Below are positions 1 through 9,690 of a stretch of 64,000 nucleotides of DNA, piece after piece. The DNA comes from an uncultured archaeon (lineage in GTDB: Archaea > Asgardarchaeota > Lokiarchaeia > Sigyniarchaeales > SOKP01). The position numbers and the translations under genes are program-made. Numbering within the stretch: position 1 is the stretch's first letter; each line of letters starts with the position of its first letter. Under the pieces are notes generated by a model. The model made no database searches. It was not told the origin of the DNA and saw only the letters and a list, made by a program, of their open reading frames with translations. The stretch is from positions 265,811-329,810 of the forward strand of contig CAZALK010000002.1 in the NCBI GenBank assembly GCA_964486045.1, written 5' to 3'.

Positions 1-402
1 GTTGCTTGCCCTAATGGCTCTGAATATTCTCCTGAGCAAATAGTTTTAGATGAAGTTGAAGAGATTTCTAAAAAAACTAGTGCTGTTGTACGAGTTATTC
101 ATGATGTGACCCAAGGTGCAAAGGAAGCCGATGTAATCTACACAGATAGCTGGATGAGTTACGGAATACCACAAGAACAAGAAGAAATACGGAAAAAAGC
201 TTTTATGCCTTTTCAAGTTACATCATCAGTTATGAAAGCAGCAAAATCAAATGCAATTTTTATGAATTGTTTACCGGCAATGAGGGGATATGAACAAACT
301 ACTGAAGTAATTGATAGCCCCCAATCTATTGTTTTTGATCAAGCAGAAAATAGATTGCATATTCAGAAAGCTATAATGCTATTTTTACGAGAAAAATTTT
401 AG
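1..402 (+). CDS. arcB: Ornithine carbamoyltransferase, C-terminal part (5' end outside window); probably catabolic
   Basis: Frame open from base 1; motifs ADVIYTDSWMSYG, FMNCLP and FDQAENRLH; carbamate kinase gene nearby. Confidence 0.9.
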   Translation, partial: VACPNGSEYSPEQIVLDEVEEISKKTSAVVRVIHDVTQGAKEADVIYTDSWMSYGIPQEQEEIRKKAFMPFQVTSSVMKAAKSNAIFMNCLPAMRGYEQTTEVIDSPQSIVFDQAENRLHIQKAIMLFLREKF

Positions 403-426
403 ACTTAAATAAAATTTCTCTAAATT

Positions 427-458
427 TATGTATGTGTATGTATATGTGTATACATATG
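427..458. promoter_or_regulatory. Alternating purine-pyrimidine tract with imperfect palindrome over the vapB start; likely VapBC operator
   Basis: 32 nt strictly alternating Y/R (TATGTATGTGTATGTATATGTGTATACATATG) containing ATGTATA-tgtg-TATACAT. Confidence 0.4.
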
Positions 459-695
459 ACCTCTAAAAATATTAGTATTACTGAGGAAGTATATAAAAAA
501 TTAATGAAGATTAAACGAGAGAATGAAAGCTTCTCTGAACTTTTCCTAAGACTGTTAAAAATCCAAAAAACCAACATGAAAAGAACTTTTGGAGCGTGGA
601 ATTTATCAAAAGAAGAGGAATCTGAGATATGGAAGGCTATTTCAAGTCGTTCTGGTCGAAAATGGGAACGATCAGAAATGGGTGAAATCAAGTGA
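456..695 (+). CDS. vapB: VapB-type antitoxin (archaeal DUF217-like)
   Basis: MTSKNISITEEVYKKLMKIKRENESFSELFLRL signature; GTGA overlap with the PIN gene; start moved from 432 to 456. Confidence 0.85.
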   Translation: MTSKNISITEEVYKKLMKIKRENESFSELFLRLLKIQKTNMKRTFGAWNLSKEEESEIWKAISSRSGRKWERSEMGEIK

Positions 696-1099
696 TAATT
701 CTTGATACTTCTGCATGTATAGATTATCTAAATGGTAATCCTAATCTTAAAAAAGTTATATTTGAACAAGAGAATCTTGTACACCTTACTTCAATTACAA
801 TATATGAAGTAAATATTGGTTTAGAACGAACAAAAAGGAAGATTTCCGAAACTAGATATAAAGAACTATATAAATTTTGGATGGAATTCATTAGTGGTAT
901 GGAAATCTTCTCTTTAGGATTAAAGGAAGCTGAAAAAGCAGCAGAAATTCATGATATTCTTGAATCTAAAGGAAAAATGATTGATGATAACGATATCTTA
1001 ATTGCTGGAATTATGCTTTCAAATGGTATAAATAAAATTATAACTAAAAACATTAAGCATTTTGAATTAATCCAAGAATTAGAAATAATTCAATATTAA
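692..1099 (+). CDS. vapC: VapC PIN-domain toxin
   Basis: ILDTS...YE...DILIAG...TKNIKHF PIN motifs. Confidence 0.92.
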   Translation: MIILDTSACIDYLNGNPNLKKVIFEQENLVHLTSITIYEVNIGLERTKRKISETRYKELYKFWMEFISGMEIFSLGLKEAEKAAEIHDILESKGKMIDDNDILIAGIMLSNGINKIITKNIKHFELIQELEIIQY

Positions 1100-1196
1100 A
1101 ATCAAATAGAAAACTTATGTGAAAAATTTTAAATAATAAGTTAAATACTATAATTTTTCCATTTGTGTTAATTATTTTAGCATTAGAGGTTTTTCT

Positions 1197-2105
1197 TTGA
1201 AAACATTAATTGTAGCATTAGGTGGGAATGCTTTAATAAAATTTGGTGATGAGGGTACAACAGAAGAACAATTTCGAAATTTACGTGTTCCCATAAGTCA
1301 AATCGCAGAATTAGCTAAAGAATATAATATAATTATAACCCATGGTAACGGTCCCCAAGTAGGAAACTTATTGTTACAACAAGAAGCTACTAAAGCAGTT
1401 TCGAAGAGACCATTACAAATTTTAGTTGCTGAGACTCAAGGCCAAATAGGCTTCATGATTGAGTCTACCTTAGATGAAGCACTTATGAAAATTGGTCTTG
1501 ATAAAGAAAAGCTGTTTCTTACTGTTCTTACTTATGTTGAGGTAAATTCTGAAGACCCTGCATTTTTAAATCCTACTAAACCGATAGGTCCCGCTTATTC
1601 GGTGCCAAAAGCGGGATATGTTAAAACAGTAAAAGGATATCGCCGTGTAGTTCCCTCACCAAAACCCATTAAAATATATCAATGGCGTGAGATAAAAAGA
1701 TTAATGGAATTAGGAAGTTGGATTATAATTGCTTGCGGAGGTGGCGGAATTCCTGTAATAAAAGAAAAAAAAAGACTTTATGGTGTCGAAGCTGTAATAG
1801 ATAAAGATCTTGCAAGTGCTAAATTAGCTGAACAAATTAATGCTGATATTTTATTAATAGCAACTGATGTAGAAAAAGTTTCTCTTAATTATGGAAGGTC
1901 AAATCAAGTGGATTTAGATAGTGTTTCTGTTTCTGAAGCAAAAAAATATTTAGAAGAAGATCAATTCCCACCAGGAAGCATGGGACCTAAAATTCAGGCA
2001 GTTATAAACTTTTTAGAATCAGGTGGAGAAAAAGCAATAATAACTTCTATCGATAAAATAATTAAAGCTTTAGATGGAAAAGCGGGGACACAGATATATA
2101 TATAA
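1197..2105 (+). CDS. arcC: Carbamate kinase
   Basis: VALGGNAL, THGNGPQVG, KPIGP, VEAVIDKD and GSMGPK motifs. Confidence 0.95.
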   Translation: MKTLIVALGGNALIKFGDEGTTEEQFRNLRVPISQIAELAKEYNIIITHGNGPQVGNLLLQQEATKAVSKRPLQILVAETQGQIGFMIESTLDEALMKIGLDKEKLFLTVLTYVEVNSEDPAFLNPTKPIGPAYSVPKAGYVKTVKGYRRVVPSPKPIKIYQWREIKRLMELGSWIIIACGGGGIPVIKEKKRLYGVEAVIDKDLASAKLAEQINADILLIATDVEKVSLNYGRSNQVDLDSVSVSEAKKYLEEDQFPPGSMGPKIQAVINFLESGGEKAIITSIDKIIKALDGKAGTQIYI

Positions 2106-2167
2106 GATTATGATTATTTAGGTAAACAATAAATCTCCAATGATAAAACAAAAATTTTGAGCCATAT

Positions 2168-3430
2168 TTAGTCTCGAATTAGGATCTTTTCTATAATTTC
2201 CAGAGCCCAATCAATTTCCTCTCGAGTTATTACTAATGGTGGAGCAAATCTAATCGTAGTCGAATGGGTATCCTTTGCAAGTATCCCATTATTTTTTAAG
2301 TCTTCAACAATTTGCCTAGCATCTTTAGTAAATTCAACTGCAATAAGCAAACCCTTACCCCTTATGTCTTTAATTGGAATTCTTGTTTTCTTTTCACCAA
2401 TTTCTCTTAGTCTCTTGATAAAATATGCTCCCATTTCCTTTGATCGTTCAGCGAGGTTTTCACGTAAGTGAATATCGATGGATTTCATTGCAACAGCACA
2501 TGCCAACGGATTTCCCCCAAATGTACTTCCATGAGTGCCGGGTGTAATTACATCAGGTCCGACTATATCTTTAGTTGTTACGCACGCAGAAACAGGATAA
2601 ATACCACCTCCAAGTGCTTTGCCTATTAGTAACATATCTGGCTTCACGTCTTCATGATCACAAGCAAAAAATTTCCCAGTTCTACAAAACCCAGTCTGAA
2701 TTTCATCTAAAACCATTAGAATATTATATTTTGTACAAACTTCCCTTACACTTCTTAGATAACCCTCCGGAGGGATGTTAACACCAGCTTCTCCTTGTAT
2801 TGGTTCAAATAAAAAACCAGCTACTTTTTCAGGTCCAGTTTCTAGAATAATACTCTCTAATTCTTCTATATCTCCGTAGGAAATTATTTTAAATCCTGGT
2901 GTGTATGGTCCAAAATTTCCGTAATACCTGACTGCCGAGATGTCAGAACTAAAACCGATAATTGTTATCGTTCTTCCATGAAAATTATTTCTACATACTA
3001 TAATTATCGCTTCGTCTTTTGGTATCTTTTTCTTAATATACCCCCATGCCCTTATTATTTTCAAACCTGTAGAAACTGCTTCTGTTCCAGTATTCATTGG
3101 AATAGACATTATTCCTGAATCTGATGGATCATTAATATGAGGACCAACAATTTCAGCTAATAATTTCAAGAAAGGCCCCATCATATCATTATGAAAAGCC
3201 CTTGAGGTTAAAGTAACCTTACTAGCTTGTTCTGTTAAAGCGGCTATGATTTCTGGGTGACAATGGCCAGTGTTTTGACTTGAGTATGCTGATAAACAGT
3301 CAAGATACTTTTTTCCTTCCGGATCATAAACCCAAACTCCTTCTGCTCTAGAGATTACCACGGGAATCGGATGATAATTGTGAGCGCAATACTTTAAATC
3401 CATATCAATATAATCTTTTGAGGTTGGCAT
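2168..3430 (-). CDS. rocD: Ornithine--oxo-acid aminotransferase (class III PLP)
   Basis: AHNYHP, LSAYS, TLTSRAF, EPIQGEAG, DEIQTG, GKALGGG and GSTFGGNPLAC. Confidence 0.93.
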   Translation of the reverse strand: MPTSKDYIDMDLKYCAHNYHPIPVVISRAEGVWVYDPEGKKYLDCLSAYSSQNTGHCHPEIIAALTEQASKVTLTSRAFHNDMMGPFLKLLAEIVGPHINDPSDSGIMSIPMNTGTEAVSTGLKIIRAWGYIKKKIPKDEAIIIVCRNNFHGRTITIIGFSSDISAVRYYGNFGPYTPGFKIISYGDIEELESIILETGPEKVAGFLFEPIQGEAGVNIPPEGYLRSVREVCTKYNILMVLDEIQTGFCRTGKFFACDHEDVKPDMLLIGKALGGGIYPVSACVTTKDIVGPDVITPGTHGSTFGGNPLACAVAMKSIDIHLRENLAERSKEMGAYFIKRLREIGEKKTRIPIKDIRGKGLLIAVEFTKDARQIVEDLKNNGILAKDTHSTTIRFAPPLVITREEIDWALEIIEKILIRD

Positions 3431-3562
3431 AATACTTCAAATAACTTTACTTAAAAAATTATTACTAAATTAAATGAAAGAATTCATTAAAGTTTTAGAT
3501 TTTTTGTAAAATAAGCCTTGGGAAAGCGATGGGAATTCTTTATACTTAGAGACAAAATTCAA

Positions 3563-4057
3563 TTAAAATTCAATATTATCTCCAAATTCTTTTATAGGCC
3601 ATTGCCAATAGAGATCTGTTTTAATAACTCCCTTATCTTTTAATTCTGTAAATAACTTTTCTCTTAAATTATGAAGAAAATTATCGGGATCATAGAGAAT
3701 CTGACCTTCATCTAATGCATCTAAAATTAAATAATATTTTGAATCCGCATAACTTTTCATTTCCTTTGAAGTTCTCCAGAGAGCTTGAATACCTGAACAA
3801 ACAGACATAGTTAAATTAATACCCCACTTACTCCTCTTAAGAAGATCAACAGTAATTTTATCAGAAATAATAAATAAATCAATATCGCTTATATATTCTG
3901 AATCATCCCTAGACCTTCCAGTTGCAACAGACCCATAAAGTAAGATTGAGCGTATTTCTAAGTCTAATTTAAAAATATATTGAAGAAACTCACTTAGTTT
4001 GTTTTTAAAATACTCTTCTTTAATAAAAAATAGGTTTATATCCTCAACTTGAGTCAT
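3563..4057 (-). CDS. Minimal nucleotidyltransferase (MNT) antitoxin
   Basis: LYGSVATG...SDIDL motif; 4-nt overlap with the HEPN gene. Confidence 0.85.
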   Translation of the reverse strand: MTQVEDINLFFIKEEYFKNKLSEFLQYIFKLDLEIRSILLYGSVATGRSRDDSEYISDIDLFIISDKITVDLLKRSKWGINLTMSVCSGIQALWRTSKEMKSYADSKYYLILDALDEGQILYDPDNFLHNLREKLFTELKDKGVIKTDLYWQWPIKEFGDNIEF

Positions 4058-4563
4058 TTTTCAATCAAATCATTACATTCTTTTATGAAATTTGATAATA
4101 ATATTATTTCTTGTTTGAGATTTGGTAATTCATTAATTAGTGCCTTAATATTTATCATAATTTTTTCTAAGTCTTTTAAATATTTAATTGCTTCTAATTT
4201 ATCGTATTTCTCCTCTGGAGTGATTAATTTACCCTCTTTCATAATTCCATATCTAGTGGAGGGTCCTTCTCCTTCAATCCCTTTTGCTAGAGCTGCGACG
4301 TTTTTTATTTTCTCAAGAATTTCTTTTTCAATATTAATATTTTTATTAGTTTCAATGGATTCTAATATTATTGATGGATTGTGAATTTTGCGAAATTTAA
4401 ATCCTAACAATAGGATTAATGCTTTTTGCAGTTGTTCTATTGATAATTGAATTTTAAAGACACACTCAGAATAGTCATTAATTTTATAATTCCTAATTAC
4501 TCTTTCTATATTTTTAAACGCTAAATCTATCCATTCCTTAGTTTTTTCGTAATTAGTGGTCAA
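4054..4563 (-). CDS. HEPN-domain protein (MNT partner)
   Basis: Helical protein with QLSIEQLQKA, KIHN and STRYG motifs; adjacent to MNT. Confidence 0.8.
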   Translation of the reverse strand: MTTNYEKTKEWIDLAFKNIERVIRNYKINDYSECVFKIQLSIEQLQKALILLLGFKFRKIHNPSIILESIETNKNINIEKEILEKIKNVAALAKGIEGEGPSTRYGIMKEGKLITPEEKYDKLEAIKYLKDLEKIMINIKALINELPNLKQEIILLSNFIKECNDLIEK

Positions 4564-4745
4564 ATTGATAATGAAAGTATTTAATATTCTAGTCTATAAA
4601 TAATACGAATTCTATTTTTAAAAAAATTTAGCACTCATTTATATCTATTAATCTTTTTTATGATTAATAACAAAAATCATAATCTAGAGAATTAAAAGTT
4701 TACAGAGAATTTTAAATGCACAACTTCAATCATCACTCTTATTAG

Positions 4746-5555
4746 TTAAGATATTTTATTTTTATTTTCTCTATTTCCTCGTTTTATAATTTCTTTAATA
4801 AAATAAGTTGCAACCATATTAGCCTTAGCACCTGAACCAAAACCTGCATCATATCCTAGCTCTTTTGCCAATTCATTACTTATTCTTGCTCCACCACATA
4901 TTAAAATTACTTTATCACGTATTTCTTCTGCTTCTAATAGTTCTACTAAATTAGTTAAATTCTTTACATGAATATTTTTTTGGGTAACTGTTTGAGACAC
5001 CAGTAATACATCTGCTTTTAATTCTATAGCCTTTTTTACAAATTCTTCATTTGTTATCTGGCTTCCGAGATTATAAGTTTCAATCATTTCAAATCTTTCA
5101 AGCCCATAATGACCCGCGAAGCCTTTCATATTCATAATAGCATCAATACCTACTGTATGAGCATCTGTACCTGTTGATGCCCCAAGAATTACAATTTTCC
5201 GCTTAAGGTTTTTTTTTATGAGTTCATTTATTACTTCAATTGACAAAGTTTCTACCTCAACAGATTCTGCTTGAATTGTTGTATAATCAACTGTATGATC
5301 TATACTGCCATACACTACAAAAAATGTAAAATCTTTATCTAAGGAGCTATGATAGGCTACAGTTGGATCTTTTAATCCCATCTTTTTTGCTAACTCTTTA
5401 GCTGCTACAACTGCTTTTTCATCATTTTCAATAGGAAGCGTAAAACTTAATTGAACTTTTCCATCGTTCATCGTATCGCCATAAGGTTTAATTTTTGTTA
5501 AATCGAGATGTTGATCAAATTCCCTTTTTTCAGTCGAATATAATCCCCCACCCAT
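4746..5555 (-). CDS. kamE: Lysine 5,6-aminomutase beta subunit (B12-binding)
   Basis: KPYGDTMNDGKVQLSFTLP, DAHTVG cobalamin motif and MNMKG PLP lysine. Confidence 0.96.
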   Translation of the reverse strand: MGGGLYSTEKREFDQHLDLTKIKPYGDTMNDGKVQLSFTLPIENDEKAVVAAKELAKKMGLKDPTVAYHSSLDKDFTFFVVYGSIDHTVDYTTIQAESVEVETLSIEVINELIKKNLKRKIVILGASTGTDAHTVGIDAIMNMKGFAGHYGLERFEMIETYNLGSQITNEEFVKKAIELKADVLLVSQTVTQKNIHVKNLTNLVELLEAEEIRDKVILICGGARISNELAKELGYDAGFGSGAKANMVATYFIKEIIKRGNRENKNKIS

Positions 5556-5556
5556 A

Positions 5557-7137
5557 TTAATTCCCTCCTTTTATTAAATCATTTATCATAATTTCCATAA
5601 ATGGATTATAATATTCTTCCTTTTTTTGAACTACCCCATCCATCCCCTTACCCCCATCTGTAGGTCTTTTAATTCCCGCGAAAATACCTTTTTCAATAGT
5701 CGTAAATAGTCCTTGTTTTTCAATTTCCTTTAGCAAATTGTAAGCATTATTAATGACTTCATTAGCTCTTTTTTCTATTACTCCACCTTTCTTAAAAATG
5801 ATTTCTTCACTTATAGATTTCATATTATTAAAAATATATTTAGCGTTTTCTATCGATAGTGCTCTATCAGCCATAAAGGGGGTGTGTATTGCCTCTGTCA
5901 ACATACCTAGGAGATGAATCCGTTGGTTAGTCATAATTGTAATCATATTGAATAGTGCATCTTGAATATGGCCCTTGAAGATATTTCCATTCATAAATTT
6001 TGTCGGAGGCATATATTTAAGGGGAGCGTTAGGAAAAATCTCTCGTGCCATTTGGGCTTGGGCAAGTTCATACAAAAAGCCATTCTCCAAATCAGGATTC
6101 ATTTCAAAAGCATGTCCTAGCCCCATAAGTTCCTCTTTTAACCCTGCGAGTAAGGCAAATTGTTCATTAATAAATTCTGAAGCGAGAACAGTATGCGCCG
6201 CATCAAATGCATCAGCAGTAGTTAAATAGTTATCTTCACCAGTATTAATTGTTATTCCTGCATATGCATTTATCATTCTTGAAAAATACTGATCAACAAT
6301 CGTTCTTTTCATATTGATATCACGAAATAAAATACCATAAAGGGCGTCATTAAGCATCATATCAAGCCTTTCAAATGCTCCTATTACAGCAATTTCAGGC
6401 ATACACAAGCCAGAGCAATAATTGGTTAACCTGATGTATCGTCCTAATTCTTCACTAACTTTATCCAATGCCGTTCTCATTAATCGAAAGTTCTCCTGAG
6501 TAGCATATGTTCCCCCAAATCCTTCTGTTGTAGCACCATAAGGAACATAATCAAGTAGACTCTGTACAGTAGATCTAATTACAGCGATTATATCTGCTCC
6601 TTGACGTGCTGCAGCCTGAGCCTGAACAATGTCTTCATAGATATTTCCCGTTGCTACAATAACATAAATAAGAGGTCCATCCTTTTCTCCATACTTAGTA
6701 ATTAATTGATTTCTTTTGCTTTTATTGAAAGAAATTTGCTTCAAATTTTCTTGAGCAATTAATTTTATTTTTGCCTTTATTTCTGAAATATCTTCTAAAG
6801 GAAGATCTACTAGATCCAATTCACCTCTACTAACTTTTTCAGCAATCTCTTGAGGTGTAAGATTAGTTTGTAATATAGCATTCCCAATATATAGTGCTAC
6901 TCCAACTCCCAAATTGTTTTTAATGTTATCAATTACAACGTTTGGTAAGGGAACATCAAACTCATCTACACCATCAATACCAAAGAATCTACACACAGTC
7001 CTCTCAACGGTTGTAGTAGTATATTGATCTATAAATTTTTGAGTATCTAAAGCAATATTTTTTGCTGATTCTCTTGCTTTACTTACAGTTGAAAAATCTA
7101 AATTTAACTTACTTTCTTTTTCCATCATAATTTTCAC
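5557..7137 (-). CDS. kamD: Lysine 5,6-aminomutase alpha subunit
   Basis: YVIVATGNIYED, GGTYATQENFR, NYCSGLCMPE and INTGEDNY; true start may be ATG at 7128 or 7125. Confidence 0.96.
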   Translation of the reverse strand: MKIMMEKESKLNLDFSTVSKARESAKNIALDTQKFIDQYTTTTVERTVCRFFGIDGVDEFDVPLPNVVIDNIKNNLGVGVALYIGNAILQTNLTPQEIAEKVSRGELDLVDLPLEDISEIKAKIKLIAQENLKQISFNKSKRNQLITKYGEKDGPLIYVIVATGNIYEDIVQAQAAARQGADIIAVIRSTVQSLLDYVPYGATTEGFGGTYATQENFRLMRTALDKVSEELGRYIRLTNYCSGLCMPEIAVIGAFERLDMMLNDALYGILFRDINMKRTIVDQYFSRMINAYAGITINTGEDNYLTTADAFDAAHTVLASEFINEQFALLAGLKEELMGLGHAFEMNPDLENGFLYELAQAQMAREIFPNAPLKYMPPTKFMNGNIFKGHIQDALFNMITIMTNQRIHLLGMLTEAIHTPFMADRALSIENAKYIFNNMKSISEEIIFKKGGVIEKRANEVINNAYNLLKEIEKQGLFTTIEKGIFAGIKRPTDGGKGMDGVVQKKEEYYNPFMEIMINDLIKGGN

Positions 7138-7151
7138 TTATTTTTATTAAT

Positions 7152-8186
7152 TTACTCATTAACTCCAAGGTTATAAACAGGAATAGTGAGTAGTTCAGTA
7201 AATGACTTTAAAAATAAATCTTTATCGAACTCATATCCATTTGGAGATGTAGGATTTATTGTTACAGCGATAATTTTTATAGGTTTTAATACTTTTATGA
7301 TTCCTTCATTCTTTTGGAATTTCATTAGAGTATTATTACTTAAAAATAATTTTGTTCCATCCTTTACCAAAAAAGTGCAACCCTTATACTTTTGGGTAGA
7401 TTTCATTAAGTCTTCTAATAACCTATCTGTAATGGCGCCATTTATTACGATATATTTTGAGTCTTCATCTAAATTTTCAACAATTTCTTGAGCTGAATCT
7501 AATGCTGTGGGGACTTTTAAAAACTTAATCGAATTAGTTTTACTGATAATACCTATTTTTGATTTTTTCATTATTTCTTTTGAGAGATTTATAGTTTTTT
7601 CATTAACCTCTTGCTCCAAATTTAATAAGTTAATAGTATGAATTGTTAAATCTATAACCTCACTCATGTTTCTGGATACCGAAGCTCCTGTCGAGATGAT
7701 AGTAGCATCTGAGATTAAAGGAGTTGAATAAGATCTTCTATCAAACGCTCCATCGACCAGTATGAGATCGCAACCAAGGTTTTTTAATTCTAAACAGATC
7801 TTCTTTAATTGGATGTTTATTGAAGGTCCAGCTAATTCAATATACCCCTCCCCTTCTGTTTTTAAGATCATGACCTCTCCTAAGGGAGTATAAAATCCTG
7901 TATTTTTAATAACCTCAAAATCTATTTTACTATCTTCAAAACATTGTTTTGCTGTAACTACAAAAGTCCCTTTCTTAACATAAATTTGCGGTTTAGGTAA
8001 ATCAGTTATAACATCATATTTTTCACCATCTCTCCCAATTGAAGTGAGACCTAAAACATAAGTTTCTTCTATATTTCTTATAATATAATTTAAGGTAGTC
8101 GTTTTAGAAACATTTTTAGCAAGCCCTATTATCGAGATTACTCTTGGTTCATCAGTTTTATTGAAAAAGTCAGATATAAAGTCCAT
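7152..8186 (-). CDS. kamB: KamB-like lysine 5,6-aminomutase accessory/reactivase subunit
   Basis: IIGLAKNVSKTT degenerate P-loop, LTSIGRDGE and LVDGAFDRRS; lies between kamA and kamD. Confidence 0.8.
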   Translation of the reverse strand: MDFISDFFNKTDEPRVISIIGLAKNVSKTTTLNYIIRNIEETYVLGLTSIGRDGEKYDVITDLPKPQIYVKKGTFVVTAKQCFEDSKIDFEVIKNTGFYTPLGEVMILKTEGEGYIELAGPSINIQLKKICLELKNLGCDLILVDGAFDRRSYSTPLISDATIISTGASVSRNMSEVIDLTIHTINLLNLEQEVNEKTINLSKEIMKKSKIGIISKTNSIKFLKVPTALDSAQEIVENLDEDSKYIVINGAITDRLLEDLMKSTQKYKGCTFLVKDGTKLFLSNNTLMKFQKNEGIIKVLKPIKIIAVTINPTSPNGYEFDKDLFLKSFTELLTIPVYNLGVNE

Positions 8187-8309
8187 TTTCTCACTAAAAA
8201 ATTAATGAGTTATTAATAATATGAGAAATAGTTCTTGCCTATTTAAATTTTAAATTAAGTATAAATATTAACTCGATTTCTGTTATAAATCTCAATATAA
8301 TTTACTGTT

Positions 8310-9548
8310 TTATTTACTTAATTTCTTCCTTCTTAACTTTCTTACCATATCTTCTGGTTCGATAGTCATTTTCTGTCCACTCAATAAAGCACTAACTCCA
8401 ATTTGTTTCTCACAATCTTCGCAATGACAATTTGGAATATAATCGTTAGGTTCTTCATATGTAGTTATAACGCCCTCAAAGTTTCTTAAAACAACACGAG
8501 TATTTCCCTGAGAAATAACGTAATCTGGCATCACTGGAATTTTTCCACCACCTCCAGGGGCATCAACGACAAATGTAGGTACACATAATCCAGAAGTATG
8601 ACCCCTCAAACCTTCAATAATTTCAATACCCTGAGCAACACTAGTTCTAAAATGTCCTAGCCCTATAGAGAGATCGCATTGATAAATATAATAAGGTCTG
8701 ACTCTTATTTTTACTAGTTCCCGTACTAATTTCTTCATTACATGAATACAATCATTTACTCCTCTTAAAAGAACAGACTGGTTTCCCATAGGGATTCCCG
8801 CATCTGCTAACATCTCACAAGCTCTCGTAGAATCTCTTGTGATTTCATTTGAGTGATTGAAGTGTGTATTAAACCAAATAGGTTGATTTTTTTTAAGTAT
8901 TTCACATAACTCTGGAGTAATTCGATGAGGATTTGTAACAGGGGCTCTAGAACCTATACGTATTATTTCTACGTGATGGATCTCTTTCAATCCCTTTAAA
9001 ATTTCTTCCAGTTTCCTATCGGATATTAATAATGCGTCACCTCCTGATAAAAGGACATCTCTAATAGAAGGAGTGTCTCTTATATACTCAATGCATGCAT
9101 CAATTTGAGGTTGTGGTGGTGACATATCATGATGACCTGCAAATCTTCTTCTAGTGCAATGTCTACAGTACATGGAGCAATTTTCTGTTACGAGAAATAA
9201 TACTCGATCAGGATAACGATGGGTTAATCCTTCGACAGGAGAATCCACATCTTCGCTTAGAGGGTCTTCAAGGTCACCAGTATATCTCTGTAATTCGTGA
9301 ATAGTTGGGATAGCTTGTTTTCTGATTGGATCAAAAGGATCGTCGGGGTCAATTAAAGATAAGTAATAGGGGGTAATCGCCATTCGATATTCTTTCAATA
9401 ATCTAGGATCATCTTCTTCATTAGTCAACTTAATATATTTTTTAAGTTCTTCAAAAGTGGTTATTCTATTTTTAACTTGCCAATGCCAGTCATCCCAATC
9501 CTCATCATTTACATGAGAAAACAAATCATTACGTCTATTAACTTTCAT
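8310..9548 (-). CDS. kamA: Lysine 2,3-aminomutase (radical SAM, PLP)
   Basis: LTHRYPDRVL, CSMYCRHC, DAPGGGGKIP and C-terminal CHCEDC. Confidence 0.97.
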   Translation of the reverse strand: MKVNRRNDLFSHVNDEDWDDWHWQVKNRITTFEELKKYIKLTNEEDDPRLLKEYRMAITPYYLSLIDPDDPFDPIRKQAIPTIHELQRYTGDLEDPLSEDVDSPVEGLTHRYPDRVLFLVTENCSMYCRHCTRRRFAGHHDMSPPQPQIDACIEYIRDTPSIRDVLLSGGDALLISDRKLEEILKGLKEIHHVEIIRIGSRAPVTNPHRITPELCEILKKNQPIWFNTHFNHSNEITRDSTRACEMLADAGIPMGNQSVLLRGVNDCIHVMKKLVRELVKIRVRPYYIYQCDLSIGLGHFRTSVAQGIEIIEGLRGHTSGLCVPTFVVDAPGGGGKIPVMPDYVISQGNTRVVLRNFEGVITTYEEPNDYIPNCHCEDCEKQIGVSALLSGQKMTIEPEDMVRKLRRKKLSK

Positions 9549-9690
9549 GTCATTAAAATTGTAAATGTAATTAGATCTTATAATCTGTAAAGTTTTCTAT
9601 ACTAAAAATATTGTTTAATTAGATGAATTGAAAGATTCTTTAAAATAGTAAAATTAAATTCATTTAATTCTTTCTAATTTTTGGAACAAA

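Noticed and set aside
3514-3549. SLGKAMG peptide resembling an aminotransferase PLP motif
   Set aside because: Too short to distinguish from chance
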